NCBI GenBank assembly: GCA_019163375.1
Contig: JAFLKK010000001.1
Coordinates: forward strand, 294,638-358,637
DNA length: 64,000 bases
Source: Paludibacter sp.
GTDB taxonomy: Bacteria > Bacteroidota > Bacteroidia > Bacteroidales > Paludibacteraceae
Direction of reading: 5' to 3'
Shown here: positions 55,254 through 64,000 of the stretch, one piece after another
How the letters are laid out: each line of letters opens with the position of its first letter
Numbering within the stretch: position 1 is the stretch's first letter
Translations under genes and position numbers: made by a program
Notes under the pieces: model-generated
Seen by the model: the letters and a program-made list of their open reading frames with translations, nothing else
What the model was told of the DNA's origin: nothing
Database searches by the model: none

Positions 55254-56558
55254 CTACAATACCTTCACTGCTTCATCAATTACATTGCTGTTAAAGCTAT
55301 CGAGATAGGTGTTTGTTGTTTTAAGGTCTTTATGACCTAAGATTTGAGAAATGACTTCTCTTGGCACTTCATTGTTCTGTAAACTCATAGCCATAGTATG
55401 ACGACTAACATAAGAGGTCAGATTTATGTCACTGATTTCAAATTCATCTGCCAAGCCATCAAGATATGAATTTAGTTTTTTCAATCTTGTTTTAAGGTGA
55501 TTGTAAAGTTTTTCGCCAGTGAGATTTTCAATAGTTACAATTGGCAATAAGTAAGTATCAACAGGCTTCTTCATCTCGGAAAGTTCATTGATAAGCGTTT
55601 GAAGCTCTTCTGATAGCTTGATATTTATTGCCTTAGAACCTTGGCTGTTTTTTGTTTTGTGGCGTTTATATACAATATAAAGCCCATTCTCATACCTCTT
55701 AATATTGTCAGGTGTTAAGCGTGCCATATCCACGAAACTCATTCCATAGCAAAAGTATGAAAAAAGAAATAACTTTCGAGCATATTCATTAACTTTTTTA
55801 TCTGAACTTGTGGTTTTGATCTTAATGAGGTATTCAGAAGGTAAATATCGTTTCTCGGTCTCTTCTCCTAATTTGGCAACTTCAAAACCTCCTTTTCCAA
55901 ATGGATATGTCGTTGGACTTGCTTCTTTTGCCTCAATGGCCATATTTAATGCTGCACGCAATGATTTGAAATAAATTCTTCGTGTATTGCCGGAACAACC
56001 TTTCCGTTGAACTGTTCTTTTGTTGCCTTTAGTGCTTGTGTAGATAGTTTCTCGTGGCATCTGCATGAAAGTGTCTAATGCCCGGATATATTTAATGTCT
56101 ATTTCCGAAAATAGTTTCTTATCGAAATTTTTATCGAAAAGTTCGAGCATATCCAAAGTGCGTTGATAGCAAATTGCATTTCCTGTGTGATCTGTTTCTT
56201 TCAACGTTTTTATGAGATTCTCAAAAAAAGGTTTAACTTTGCCTTTCTTTGAGCGATTAAGGAATGCTTCTTCAAATTGGTTGAGTGTCCAGTCGATTTT
56301 GTTTTCGTCAAAATCTTTTATGGTCTTTTCCGCTTTCGTTTCCTGTTCGTTCAGATAAGCATTGTTTTTTTCGTGGAGTGGATTAATACGTTTATCTTTT
56401 TTGAAACGACCGAAGACTTCATCCCATTGGCTTGGTGTTGCAGTCATATTTAAGCCAATGAATTTCTTTTGACCGCTTTTAGAAATGCGTAAACAGATTG
56501 GATTTGTACCGTCTTTATTGGTATCAAAAGTGCGAAGGAAAATTTTAAACTTTGCCAT
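55254..56558 (-). CDS. tyrosine-type site-specific integrase (Bacteroidota arm-binding N-terminus)
   Basis: 434 aa. Catalytic-region motifs MSFVDMARL, SYVSRHTMAMS, ILGHKDLKTTNTYL. Sits 171 bp from attR. Confidence 0.9.
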   Translation of the reverse strand: MAKFKIFLRTFDTNKDGTNPICLRISKSGQKKFIGLNMTATPSQWDEVFGRFKKDKRINPLHEKNNAYLNEQETKAEKTIKDFDENKIDWTLNQFEEAFLNRSKKGKVKPFFENLIKTLKETDHTGNAICYQRTLDMLELFDKNFDKKLFSEIDIKYIRALDTFMQMPRETIYTSTKGNKRTVQRKGCSGNTRRIYFKSLRAALNMAIEAKEASPTTYPFGKGGFEVAKLGEETEKRYLPSEYLIKIKTTSSDKKVNEYARKLFLFSYFCYGMSFVDMARLTPDNIKRYENGLYIVYKRHKTKNSQGSKAINIKLSEELQTLINELSEMKKPVDTYLLPIVTIENLTGEKLYNHLKTRLKKLNSYLDGLADEFEISDINLTSYVSRHTMAMSLQNNEVPREVISQILGHKDLKTTNTYLDSFNSNVIDEAVKVL

Positions 56559-56577
56559 GGCAATACATTTTTGTGTT

Positions 56578-56620
56578 TACTCTACCTTTTTACTCTACCT
56601 TTTTTCTACCCTTTTTGATA
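56578..56620. promoter_or_regulatory. candidate integrase arm-type sites (CTCTACC / CTACCC x3, 13-bp period)
   Basis: CTCTACC at 56580 and 56593 and CTACCC at 56606, separated by T5-6. A near-identical 28-nt string, TACTCTACC(G/T)TTTTTCTACCCTTTTTGA, occurs just inside attL at 34651-34678. Confidence 0.45.
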
Positions 56621-56729
56621 AAAGTTAGTACAAATTTATCTAAACGAGGGTATTTTGAATGGTTGATTATCAAGTACAAATATACACAAATACAATGAAT
56701 TACCAAAATATATTATATAGTATTCTCTC

Positions 56730-56822
56730 GTCTGGGGGACCAGTGGTCGCAAGTTCGAATCTTGTCATCCCGACTGCTATTTATCAAAGGTTTACACGAA
56801 AGTGTAAACCTTTTTTTATTTG
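56730..56822 (+). repeat. attR: right direct repeat (non-functional 3' tRNA-Pro fragment plus terminator)
   Basis: Matches 34558-34649. Lacks the 5' 32 nt of the tRNA. Confidence 0.9.
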
Positions 56823-56881
56823 ATAAACCTTTATTCGCTAAAGATGTATTCGCCAGGAAATCAATACTCAAGATAATAAAA

Positions 56882-59800
56882 CTACGAGTTGATGTAATGA
56901 GAAGGTGAGCATCCAAACTGTGCTTTGAAACACTTGCTGAAGTAAAATGGATCGTTGATACCCACCATATACGAAACTTCCGAAACATTATATTTATAGG
57001 TTTTCAGCAGTTCAGCAGCTTTTTTCATTCGTCTGACACGTATAAATTCGTTTGGAGAATAACCGGTCAAGTACTTGATTTTCTTGAAAAACAAGGTTCT
57101 ACCGGTGTTTGTCATGGCAGCAAAATCGTCAACCGAAAAATCGGCATTGGTTAGATGTTGTTCCAATAAATCCTCCACCAACTTCAAGAACTGATGATCT
57201 CTTTCGGGTATTATGGATTCATTTTCATTCTCGTTTTCCTGTTGTAATTCTTCAAACGATTCATTTGTAGCATAGTGCCTGTGTAATTTCTCACGTTTCT
57301 CTATCAGTTTATTTATTTGAAGGAGCAGATGAGTCATGCTGAACGGTTTGCTGATATAGGCATCGGCACCGGCTTGTATTCCTTCTGTATGATGCTCATC
57401 AGAAATATATGCTGTTAATAATATAACAGGGATATGACATGTTGCAAAATCATCTTTTAATTTTTTTGTCAAATCAAAACCGTTCATGCCCGGCATCATT
57501 ACATCACAAATAATAAGATCCGGATCTTCTTCCATTCCTTTTTTGATACCGACACTTCCGTTTTCGGCAGTAATAACTTCGAAATGCGAAGACAATTTTT
57601 CGAACAGAAAATCACGAATGTCGTCGTTATCATCAATAACCAGAATTTTGAATTTTTTGCCTGCCAAAGGAGCAATGGGGAGTAAGTTGAGATGTACATC
57701 ATTGCCGTTTTGTTCTACAAATTCGGATAGCTTGTACAGTACTTTTTTCTCTTCTTTCAAAACGGTTATTTGTTCGTTGACAAAATCATCGCTTTCGTAC
57801 ACATCCTTTTTGAGGGGTAATTCTACGATAAATACCGAACCTCCGCCTTCATTTTCTTTAAACTCCACCTTTCCCTTGTGTAGGTTTGTAAATTCATTTA
57901 CCAACGAAAGTCCCACTCCGGTTCCATTTGCCGAAAAATTGATTTGCATAAACCGGCTAAACAAGAGGCTCTGTTTTTCCTTCGGAATACCCATTCCATT
58001 GTCGTAAACGGCTATTCGAAGCATTTGAGAGTTGTTGTCAATTTCTGCTATGAGCGAAATCTTGCCACCTCTGGGGGTAAATTTAAACGCATTCGAAAGC
58101 ATATTGAACACAATTTTATCCACCTTGTTTTTGTCAAGATAAATGGGAATGGAAGCCGGTGATGGTCTGAACTGATAATCAATATTTGTTTTAGAAGCCA
58201 CATTGCTGAAGCTGTTGAATATCTCCCGGAGAAACACAACAGCGTCGGTTGGCTGCAAATTTAGTTTTTGTTTATTGTTCTGAAGTTTACGGAACTCCAT
58301 TAGCTGATCAATCAATCGCATTAAGTGCGACGTGTTTTTGTCCAGGTCTTCAATCAGATGCTGCGATGGAGCGTTCATTTTGTCTTTTTGCTCGTTCAGC
58401 GTGTCCACACTTCCTTTTATTAAAGTAAGCGGAGTGCGGAATTCATGACTAATATTGGTAAAAAAACGTAGTTTGTAATCAGTAAGTTGTCGTTCAACTT
58501 TTACAGCATTATTTAAACGGGTGAACTTCATGATTAGCCCGTAACTAAAGTAACCTATTGCTCCAAGAAGAATGAGATATAGGAATATAGCGAAATTCGA
58601 TTGCCAGAATGGCGGTTGTATTTCAATTTCAAGTGTAGTAACATTTTTGTCCCAAACTCCCTCGCTGTTGACACTTTTTACCATGAACTGGTATTTCCCG
58701 GGTGGCACATTCCGATACGTTGCCACGTTGATAGAGCCGGAAAGGTTCCAGCGCTTTTCGTAGTTTTCAAGTATATACATAAATTGATTTGCATTCGGAT
58801 CTCTGAAATTGAGATTGGCAAATTCAATATGGAAAACCTTATCGGAGGCCTTTAGTTCTATTTTGTCGGAAAAAGAGATTGATTTCTCGAGTGGTGCATT
58901 TTTTGCTTTGATTTTAGCATTCTCATCAAAAATGGTGAATCCGGTCAGAATAACCGTATTTTTTTCATTTTTATTTAGTTGAATGTCCTTTGGATTGAAA
59001 ATATAGAACCCATTCAAACTTCCCCATAGCATTGTGCCGTTTTTGATAGTCAAACAGGCTGCCTCCGAGAAAATATTTGACGAAAAATCATTCGTGAATT
59101 TATAATACTGGAATAAGTTATTCTTAGGGTTTAACTTGTGCAATCCACTCTCAGTGCTTATCCACAAACAGCCCGTTTTGTCTTCCTGTATAGCCATAAT
59201 ATTATCGTTGGCCATGCTGTGTTGTTTGTTGTAAACTTTGAAGATGCCGTTACCGGTTGAAGATTCACCAATAAATTTATTGATGCCACCTCCTGCAGTA
59301 GCCAGCCAGATATTTCCCTTCGAGTCCTGAAAGATATAACGTACTTCGGGGTTACTCAACCCATCCTTACTTTGGGGATTGGATGTGTAGTATTTATAGG
59401 CTTTGGGGTTGCGGAGCAGTGCGTCGGGATTGAACCGAAGCACACCGTTGGAAGTGGCCACCCAGATGTCTCCTCCACGATCCTGAAAAATGTAACGGGC
59501 AAAGCGCACCCACTCATCTTGTTTGAAAAATGTTTTGAAGCCTTCATTGCCTTCAGCCGTGGTTTTTACACACACTCCACCGCCAAAAGTAGCTACCCAT
59601 AGTCGCCCTTTTTTATCTTTTAGCAGCGAAAAAACGGTGTTGTTGCTTAAGCTGGTTGGATTGTCGGTTTTGTAATAGTAATTGGCGCTTGCCGGATTTC
59701 CATTTTTAAGTTCAATAATTCCATTCCCTTTTGTGCCGAGCCAAATGGATCCCGAATTGTCCTGATACATGCTGTATACATTAAACTTTTTTTCAAAAAG

Positions 59801-61252
59801 TGTTTTTTTTGAGTTCAATGTCCGGTCGTACTGATAAAGCACGCCTGCTTTTGTAGCTACCCATATATTTTGGTTTTTATCTTCTAAAAAGGATCTGATG
59901 ACATTGCCATCTCTTAGATTGTTTTCGGGGTCGGGGTATCGTATCTGCACATTTCTGTTGGCAAAAGATAGCTTGTTGATACCCATGTTTTCGGTGCCAA
60001 TCCAAATATTCTCGTTCTTGTCGAGGACGATGGATAGCAAAAAATTGGATGCGAGTCCGTTTATATCTTTGCTGGAACTGTAGTGAGTCAGGTTTCCCGA
60101 GGCAAGGTTATAACAAAACAAGCCATTACCGTAGGTGGTAATCCACACATTGCCATGCTTATCACTTTCGAGTTGAAAACGTTCCTCGTCGATAAGATGC
60201 AAAATGGAGGGTGGGATAAGGTTTAGTTTTACCGTTTTTTTGTTGTTTTTATCCAACAACCAAATATTACCGGTGAAATTGAATGCCCAAACATTGCCGT
60301 ATTTGTCTGATTTTAAATAGACATCGGAGCCAATTTGTTCGCCCAAAATAGATTCGGAAGTGCTGTATTGATTGGTGAGCGTATTGTAAATGAAAAGCCC
60401 TTTTCTTTCGATAGATACCAGAATTTTTGTGGCACCTAAAGTTGCAATTTGGAAGGTAGATGTTTGCACAACCTTGTTTGAAAATTTAAGCGCTACAAAT
60501 CGTTCGAATTTCTCTGTACCTAAATTATAAACCATTATGTCTCCATTAATAGAAACAAAATATATCTTTTTGTTCAATTCATACGCCTTTATATAGCTAA
60601 TGTTGTTGTTTTTATCCTGTCGGAGTTTGATAACCTGATTGTTCTTTATCAGACAAATACCTTTGGAAGTGAGAACCCAATTGTTGAAATGACTGTCCTG
60701 AAAAATATCATTCACTGCATTTGATGAGATGCTATTTTGACCTGAACCGGCTTTGAAGGTTTGCGCAGTAGCTTTTTCTCCCGAAAAAGATATTTTGACG
60801 CAGCCTGTAGACACACTTCCGAGCCAGATATTTTTTTGTTTGTCTTCGTAATAGAGATTGTGTTTTACAAGAAAATCGGCTTTATCTTCGTAGATTTGCA
60901 CAAAGCTCTCAGTGGTAGGGTCGTAACAATGCATCATGTCCCGGTAAGTTCTCACCCAAATATGTCCGTAACTATCCTGATGCAGTTCCTTGATTTTCTC
61001 GCTCGAAAGAGTTGTCATATTTGACGGATCGAGTTTGAAATTTTTAATTTTCAGGCCGTCGTATCTGTCTAAACCATTCAAGGTGCCAAACCACAAGAAC
61101 CCGGTTTTGTCCTGCAGCATGTAGCGTATTGTATTGTGCGAAAGTCCATTGTTGGAGGTTATGTGTTCAATGGTCGGTTGGTTTTCGGCATATATAGCCA
61201 GAGGCAATATGGTTGCAAAAAAGGCAATCCAAATAGTTGCTTTTATACGCAT
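56882..61252 (-). CDS. hybrid two-component system sensor kinase/response regulator with AraC-type HTH (HTCS)
   Basis: 1456 aa. Periplasmic beta-propeller repeats (W.GT..GL), a TM segment, HisKA SHEFRTPL, HATPase GTGVGLS, a receiver domain, and a C-terminal AraC HTH. Confidence 0.92.
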   Translation of the reverse strand: MRIKATIWIAFFATILPLAIYAENQPTIEHITSNNGLSHNTIRYMLQDKTGFLWFGTLNGLDRYDGLKIKNFKLDPSNMTTLSSEKIKELHQDSYGHIWVRTYRDMMHCYDPTTESFVQIYEDKADFLVKHNLYYEDKQKNIWLGSVSTGCVKISFSGEKATAQTFKAGSGQNSISSNAVNDIFQDSHFNNWVLTSKGICLIKNNQVIKLRQDKNNNISYIKAYELNKKIYFVSINGDIMVYNLGTEKFERFVALKFSNKVVQTSTFQIATLGATKILVSIERKGLFIYNTLTNQYSTSESILGEQIGSDVYLKSDKYGNVWAFNFTGNIWLLDKNNKKTVKLNLIPPSILHLIDEERFQLESDKHGNVWITTYGNGLFCYNLASGNLTHYSSSKDINGLASNFLLSIVLDKNENIWIGTENMGINKLSFANRNVQIRYPDPENNLRDGNVIRSFLEDKNQNIWVATKAGVLYQYDRTLNSKKTLFEKKFNVYSMYQDNSGSIWLGTKGNGIIELKNGNPASANYYYKTDNPTSLSNNTVFSLLKDKKGRLWVATFGGGVCVKTTAEGNEGFKTFFKQDEWVRFARYIFQDRGGDIWVATSNGVLRFNPDALLRNPKAYKYYTSNPQSKDGLSNPEVRYIFQDSKGNIWLATAGGGINKFIGESSTGNGIFKVYNKQHSMANDNIMAIQEDKTGCLWISTESGLHKLNPKNNLFQYYKFTNDFSSNIFSEAACLTIKNGTMLWGSLNGFYIFNPKDIQLNKNEKNTVILTGFTIFDENAKIKAKNAPLEKSISFSDKIELKASDKVFHIEFANLNFRDPNANQFMYILENYEKRWNLSGSINVATYRNVPPGKYQFMVKSVNSEGVWDKNVTTLEIEIQPPFWQSNFAIFLYLILLGAIGYFSYGLIMKFTRLNNAVKVERQLTDYKLRFFTNISHEFRTPLTLIKGSVDTLNEQKDKMNAPSQHLIEDLDKNTSHLMRLIDQLMEFRKLQNNKQKLNLQPTDAVVFLREIFNSFSNVASKTNIDYQFRPSPASIPIYLDKNKVDKIVFNMLSNAFKFTPRGGKISLIAEIDNNSQMLRIAVYDNGMGIPKEKQSLLFSRFMQINFSANGTGVGLSLVNEFTNLHKGKVEFKENEGGGSVFIVELPLKKDVYESDDFVNEQITVLKEEKKVLYKLSEFVEQNGNDVHLNLLPIAPLAGKKFKILVIDDNDDIRDFLFEKLSSHFEVITAENGSVGIKKGMEEDPDLIICDVMMPGMNGFDLTKKLKDDFATCHIPVILLTAYISDEHHTEGIQAGADAYISKPFSMTHLLLQINKLIEKREKLHRHYATNESFEELQQENENENESIIPERDHQFLKLVEDLLEQHLTNADFSVDDFAAMTNTGRTLFFKKIKYLTGYSPNEFIRVRRMKKAAELLKTYKYNVSEVSYMVGINDPFYFSKCFKAQFGCSPSHYINS

Positions 61253-61881
61253 TGGTTGTGTGATTTTAGTGGGTATAAGATGGTACTGGATGTAAAGAAA
61301 TAAAGTTACTACGAAGATATGAAAAGTAATTGTTTCTACGAAGTAGTTTAGAGTAATTGTTTCTGAATATGTAATGAATTTAATCTATTTGATTGAAATA
61401 CAGTTTTTTTGAAAATAGCTTATTGTAATATGCAGTTCTATGTGTTTTTTATCGTTACAAGTATTGATATTTGCCCGTTAAATTAAGAATTGATCCCTTT
61501 ACGAGCAATTCATATCTATTTGCTACAAAGATAAGTTTGATCGGATACTGAATTTATATGAAATTTGATATAAAAACCATACTTTTTGATAAATATAGTT
61601 TCAATTGAAGCTGATTAGTCATTGCAATGTTGGATGAATCGTTCTTGTAGCTCCCTATTCTCGTTCTATTGTTCATTTAGTCATATGTTTATAACTTGTG
61701 TATGATTTGATACTATCCGGCTTAAATTGAATTGTAGTTCATAAATCTGTACATTTGTCCATTTTGAATTGGGATTAATTATTGTTCTTTTGTACTCCAT
61801 TTAAAAGAGAAAATGGGTTTTCTATTTATTGTAGTGTGATTTTAGTTAAGTATGTTTATGTCGAAAAACAGTTTTTATTTT

Positions 61882-64000
61882 ATGAGAAAATTAGTGGGTT
61901 TGTTTGTGTTGATGTGTCTGAGTATTCACCTGTTTGCAAGTGCCGATAAAGTTATCAATTTGAAAGGCAAGTGGAGTTTTGCAATTGATGAGCATGATCA
62001 GGGAATTTCTGCGAAATGGTTTTCTAAAAAACTGAGCGATTCTATAAACCTTCCGGGTTCGATGGTAGAAAATATGAAAGGCTATAAAATAACTTTAAAT
62101 ACAAAGTTTACCGGCAGTATTTACGACAGCTCGTGGTTTTTTAATCCTCGTATGGCAAAATACCGTCAACCAGAAAATTTGAAAATGCCATTCTGGCTAA
62201 CGCAACTTAACCGTTATGATGGTTTGGCATGGTATCAGAAAGAAGTATCTATTCCGGCATCGTGGAAGGGTCGTTTTATTTCGTTGAAATTGGAACATCC
62301 GCATTTTATTACTCAAGTGTGGATAGATAATACAGAGATTGGTACTCAAAATTCAATGACTGTTCCACATGTTTATGGTTTGCCGGCAACTATTAAGTCG
62401 GGGAAACACCGCATTACGGTGCGCATCGACAATCGCCTGAAGAGTATGGATGTGGGGACTAACTCTCACAGTGTTACCGACCACACTCAGGGGAACTGGA
62501 ACGGTATGGTGGGCGATTTGCAACTAGAAGCGCGACCAACTATCTATTTTGAAGATATTCAGGTGTATCCAAACCTGAAAACGAAAACAGCATTGGTGAA
62601 AATTCATGTACTGAATGTAAATGGTAAACCTGTAAGTGGAAAAATAAATATATCAGCTAAAAGTTTCAATAGCGGTATTTCTCAAACAGTTGCTCCTATA
62701 GAACTTCCGATAAAGCTGACAGGAAAAGAAGCGTCATACGAAATATCACTTCCAATGGGTGATAATATGCAAACATGGGATGAATTTAATCCGGCACTTT
62801 ATAACCTGAATGCCACGCTTACCGTAGGAAAACAAACTGATACCAAAGAAGTGGAGTTTGGTATGCGTGAAATAACTATTCAGGGAAAATATTTTTACGT
62901 AAATGGTAATAAAACGATGCTTCGCGGAACGGTTGAAAATGCATTATTCCCGCTAACCGGTTATCCACCAATGGATGTTGCCTCGTGGGAACGTGTATTC
63001 CGTATCTGTAAATCTTATGGTTTGAACCATATGCGTTTCCATTCATATTGTCCGCCGGAAGCTGCATTTAAAGCCGCAGATAAATTGGGCTTTTACCTTC
63101 AGCCCGAAGGTCCAAGCTGGCCAAATCACAGTACTCAGTTGGGTAGAGGGTTGCCAATTGATACGTACCTGATGGATGAGACTAAACGAATGACCAAAGA
63201 ATATGGTAACTATGCTTCTTTTGTATTTTTAGCTTCGGGTAATGAGCCTCGTGGTGCATGGGTTCCATGGGTAGGTAAATTTGTAGATTACTGGAAAGCT
63301 ACCGATGCACGTCGGTTGTATACAGGTGCATCAGTAGGACAAGGTTGGGCATGGCAACCTAAAAGTCAGTATCATGTAAAAGCAGGTGCGCGGGGTTTGA
63401 CCTGGAGTACGGCTCGTCCTGAGACAATGGGCGATTATGCTTCACGTATAGACACGATAAAAGAACCTTACGTATCGCACGAAACTGGTCAATGGTGTGT
63501 TTTCCCTAATTTTGATGAGATAAAAAAATACACGGGAGTAACCCGTGCTAAGAATTTCGAACTTTTTAAAGAAGATTTGTACGATAGTGATATGTCTGAT
63601 TTGAGTCATGAATTTTTGATGGCGTCGGGTAAATTACAATCATTGTGTTACAAGCATGAAATTGAAAAGACACTTCGTACTCCTAATTATGCCGGGTTTC
63701 AGTTGCTTTGTTTGAATGATTATTCGGGTCAGGGAACTGCTTTGGTGGGTGTGCTGGATGCATTCTGGGATGAAAAGGGCTACATGAATGCTCCAACTTT
63801 CCGTCGCTTTTGTAACTCCACTGTTCCGTTGGCAAGGATAGAGAAGTTTGTTTTCAGAAACAACGAAACGCTTGAAGCCAAAATACAGATAGCACATTTT
63901 GGAAAAGAAGCTTTGAAAAATGTACGGACACTTTGGCGTATACGCGATACTGATGGGTTGACATTGAAAGAAGGTGTGTTGACCGAAGACGAGATACCTG
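61882..64000 (+). CDS. glycoside hydrolase family 2 protein (5' part; continues beyond the window)
   Basis: Open frame from ATG 61882 to the window edge (not in the track because there is no stop). Own translation shows signal peptide MRKLVGLFVLMCLSIHLFASA, a GH2 sugar-binding pattern GLAWYQKEVSIP...VWIDNTEIG, and a TIM-barrel SGNEP. Confidence 0.8.
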   Translation, partial: MRKLVGLFVLMCLSIHLFASADKVINLKGKWSFAIDEHDQGISAKWFSKKLSDSINLPGSMVENMKGYKITLNTKFTGSIYDSSWFFNPRMAKYRQPENLKMPFWLTQLNRYDGLAWYQKEVSIPASWKGRFISLKLEHPHFITQVWIDNTEIGTQNSMTVPHVYGLPATIKSGKHRITVRIDNRLKSMDVGTNSHSVTDHTQGNWNGMVGDLQLEARPTIYFEDIQVYPNLKTKTALVKIHVLNVNGKPVSGKINISAKSFNSGISQTVAPIELPIKLTGKEASYEISLPMGDNMQTWDEFNPALYNLNATLTVGKQTDTKEVEFGMREITIQGKYFYVNGNKTMLRGTVENALFPLTGYPPMDVASWERVFRICKSYGLNHMRFHSYCPPEAAFKAADKLGFYLQPEGPSWPNHSTQLGRGLPIDTYLMDETKRMTKEYGNYASFVFLASGNEPRGAWVPWVGKFVDYWKATDARRLYTGASVGQGWAWQPKSQYHVKAGARGLTWSTARPETMGDYASRIDTIKEPYVSHETGQWCVFPNFDEIKKYTGVTRAKNFELFKEDLYDSDMSDLSHEFLMASGKLQSLCYKHEIEKTLRTPNYAGFQLLCLNDYSGQGTALVGVLDAFWDEKGYMNAPTFRRFCNSTVPLARIEKFVFRNNETLEAKIQIAHFGKEALKNVRTLWRIRDTDGLTLKEGVLTEDEIP

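Larger units (their letters stand above)
34558..56822. mobile_element. ~22.2-kb tRNA-Pro-integrated genomic island (tyrosine integrase, Xis-like HTH genes, primase/helicase-like replication module, defence-like cargo)
   Basis: Flanking 92/93-nt direct repeats, with an integrase ORF next to the right repeat. Housekeeping genes lie outside and hypothetical, defence and replication genes inside. No relaxase or T4SS genes. Confidence 0.85.

Noticed and set aside
34558-56822. Island as a conjugative (ICE) or mobilisable element
   Set aside because: No relaxase, coupling protein, T4SS or oriT-like features are recognisable. The backbone looks replicative/integrative only, so no conjugation call is made.
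56713-56988. 91-aa minus-strand ORF spanning attR and the HTCS 3' end
   Set aside because: It runs through the tRNA fragment and terminator and overlaps the HTCS stop region. It has no coding features.
56882-64000. HTCS + GH2 as a polysaccharide utilisation locus worth flagging
   Set aside because: This is an ordinary Bacteroidota arrangement. No SusC/SusD pair is visible in the window, so nothing can be said beyond the gene calls.

Overview
AT-rich Bacteroidota-type chromosome segment (T9SS porU-porV pair, hybrid two-component regulator, TAnnTTTG promoter boxes). Both ends are ordinary core genome: leuS, rex, ispF, peroxiredoxin, glycogen synthase and phosphorylase, gap, mnmA, recX, prmC, ribD, cls, then an HTCS regulator and a GH2 gene. 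Two accessory regions stand out. (1) 24.6-29.1 kb: a translationally coupled minus-strand operon of four tandem TonB_C-domain paralogs that share a near-identical 42-aa N-terminal module and an invariant CY dipeptide. They are followed by a radical SAM/SPASM enzyme and a DUF4349-like protein, and preceded upstream by a 13 x 21-bp tandem repeat. (2) 34.56-56.82 kb: a ~22.2-kb integrative island inserted in tRNA-Pro(GGG), bounded by 92/93-nt direct repeats. It carries a tyrosine integrase, two Xis-like HTH genes, DUF3987-type P-loop and Zn-finger/Toprim replication genes with an iteron-rich spacer, and defence-like cargo. The cargo is an MmeI-family methyltransferase + SF2 helicase + 93-aa protein + T5orf172/ASCH protein operon, an ORF6N + AlbA_2 pair, an HExxH protein + WYL regulator, and a Panacea (DUF4065) TA-like pair. 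It also holds a 1.6-kb ORF-free, G-rich, GAATG-repeat region that may be a long ncRNA or a decayed remnant. Heptanucleotide-periodic tracts recur at four gene boundaries. All functional calls rest on motifs read by eye and recalled family knowledge; no searches were run.
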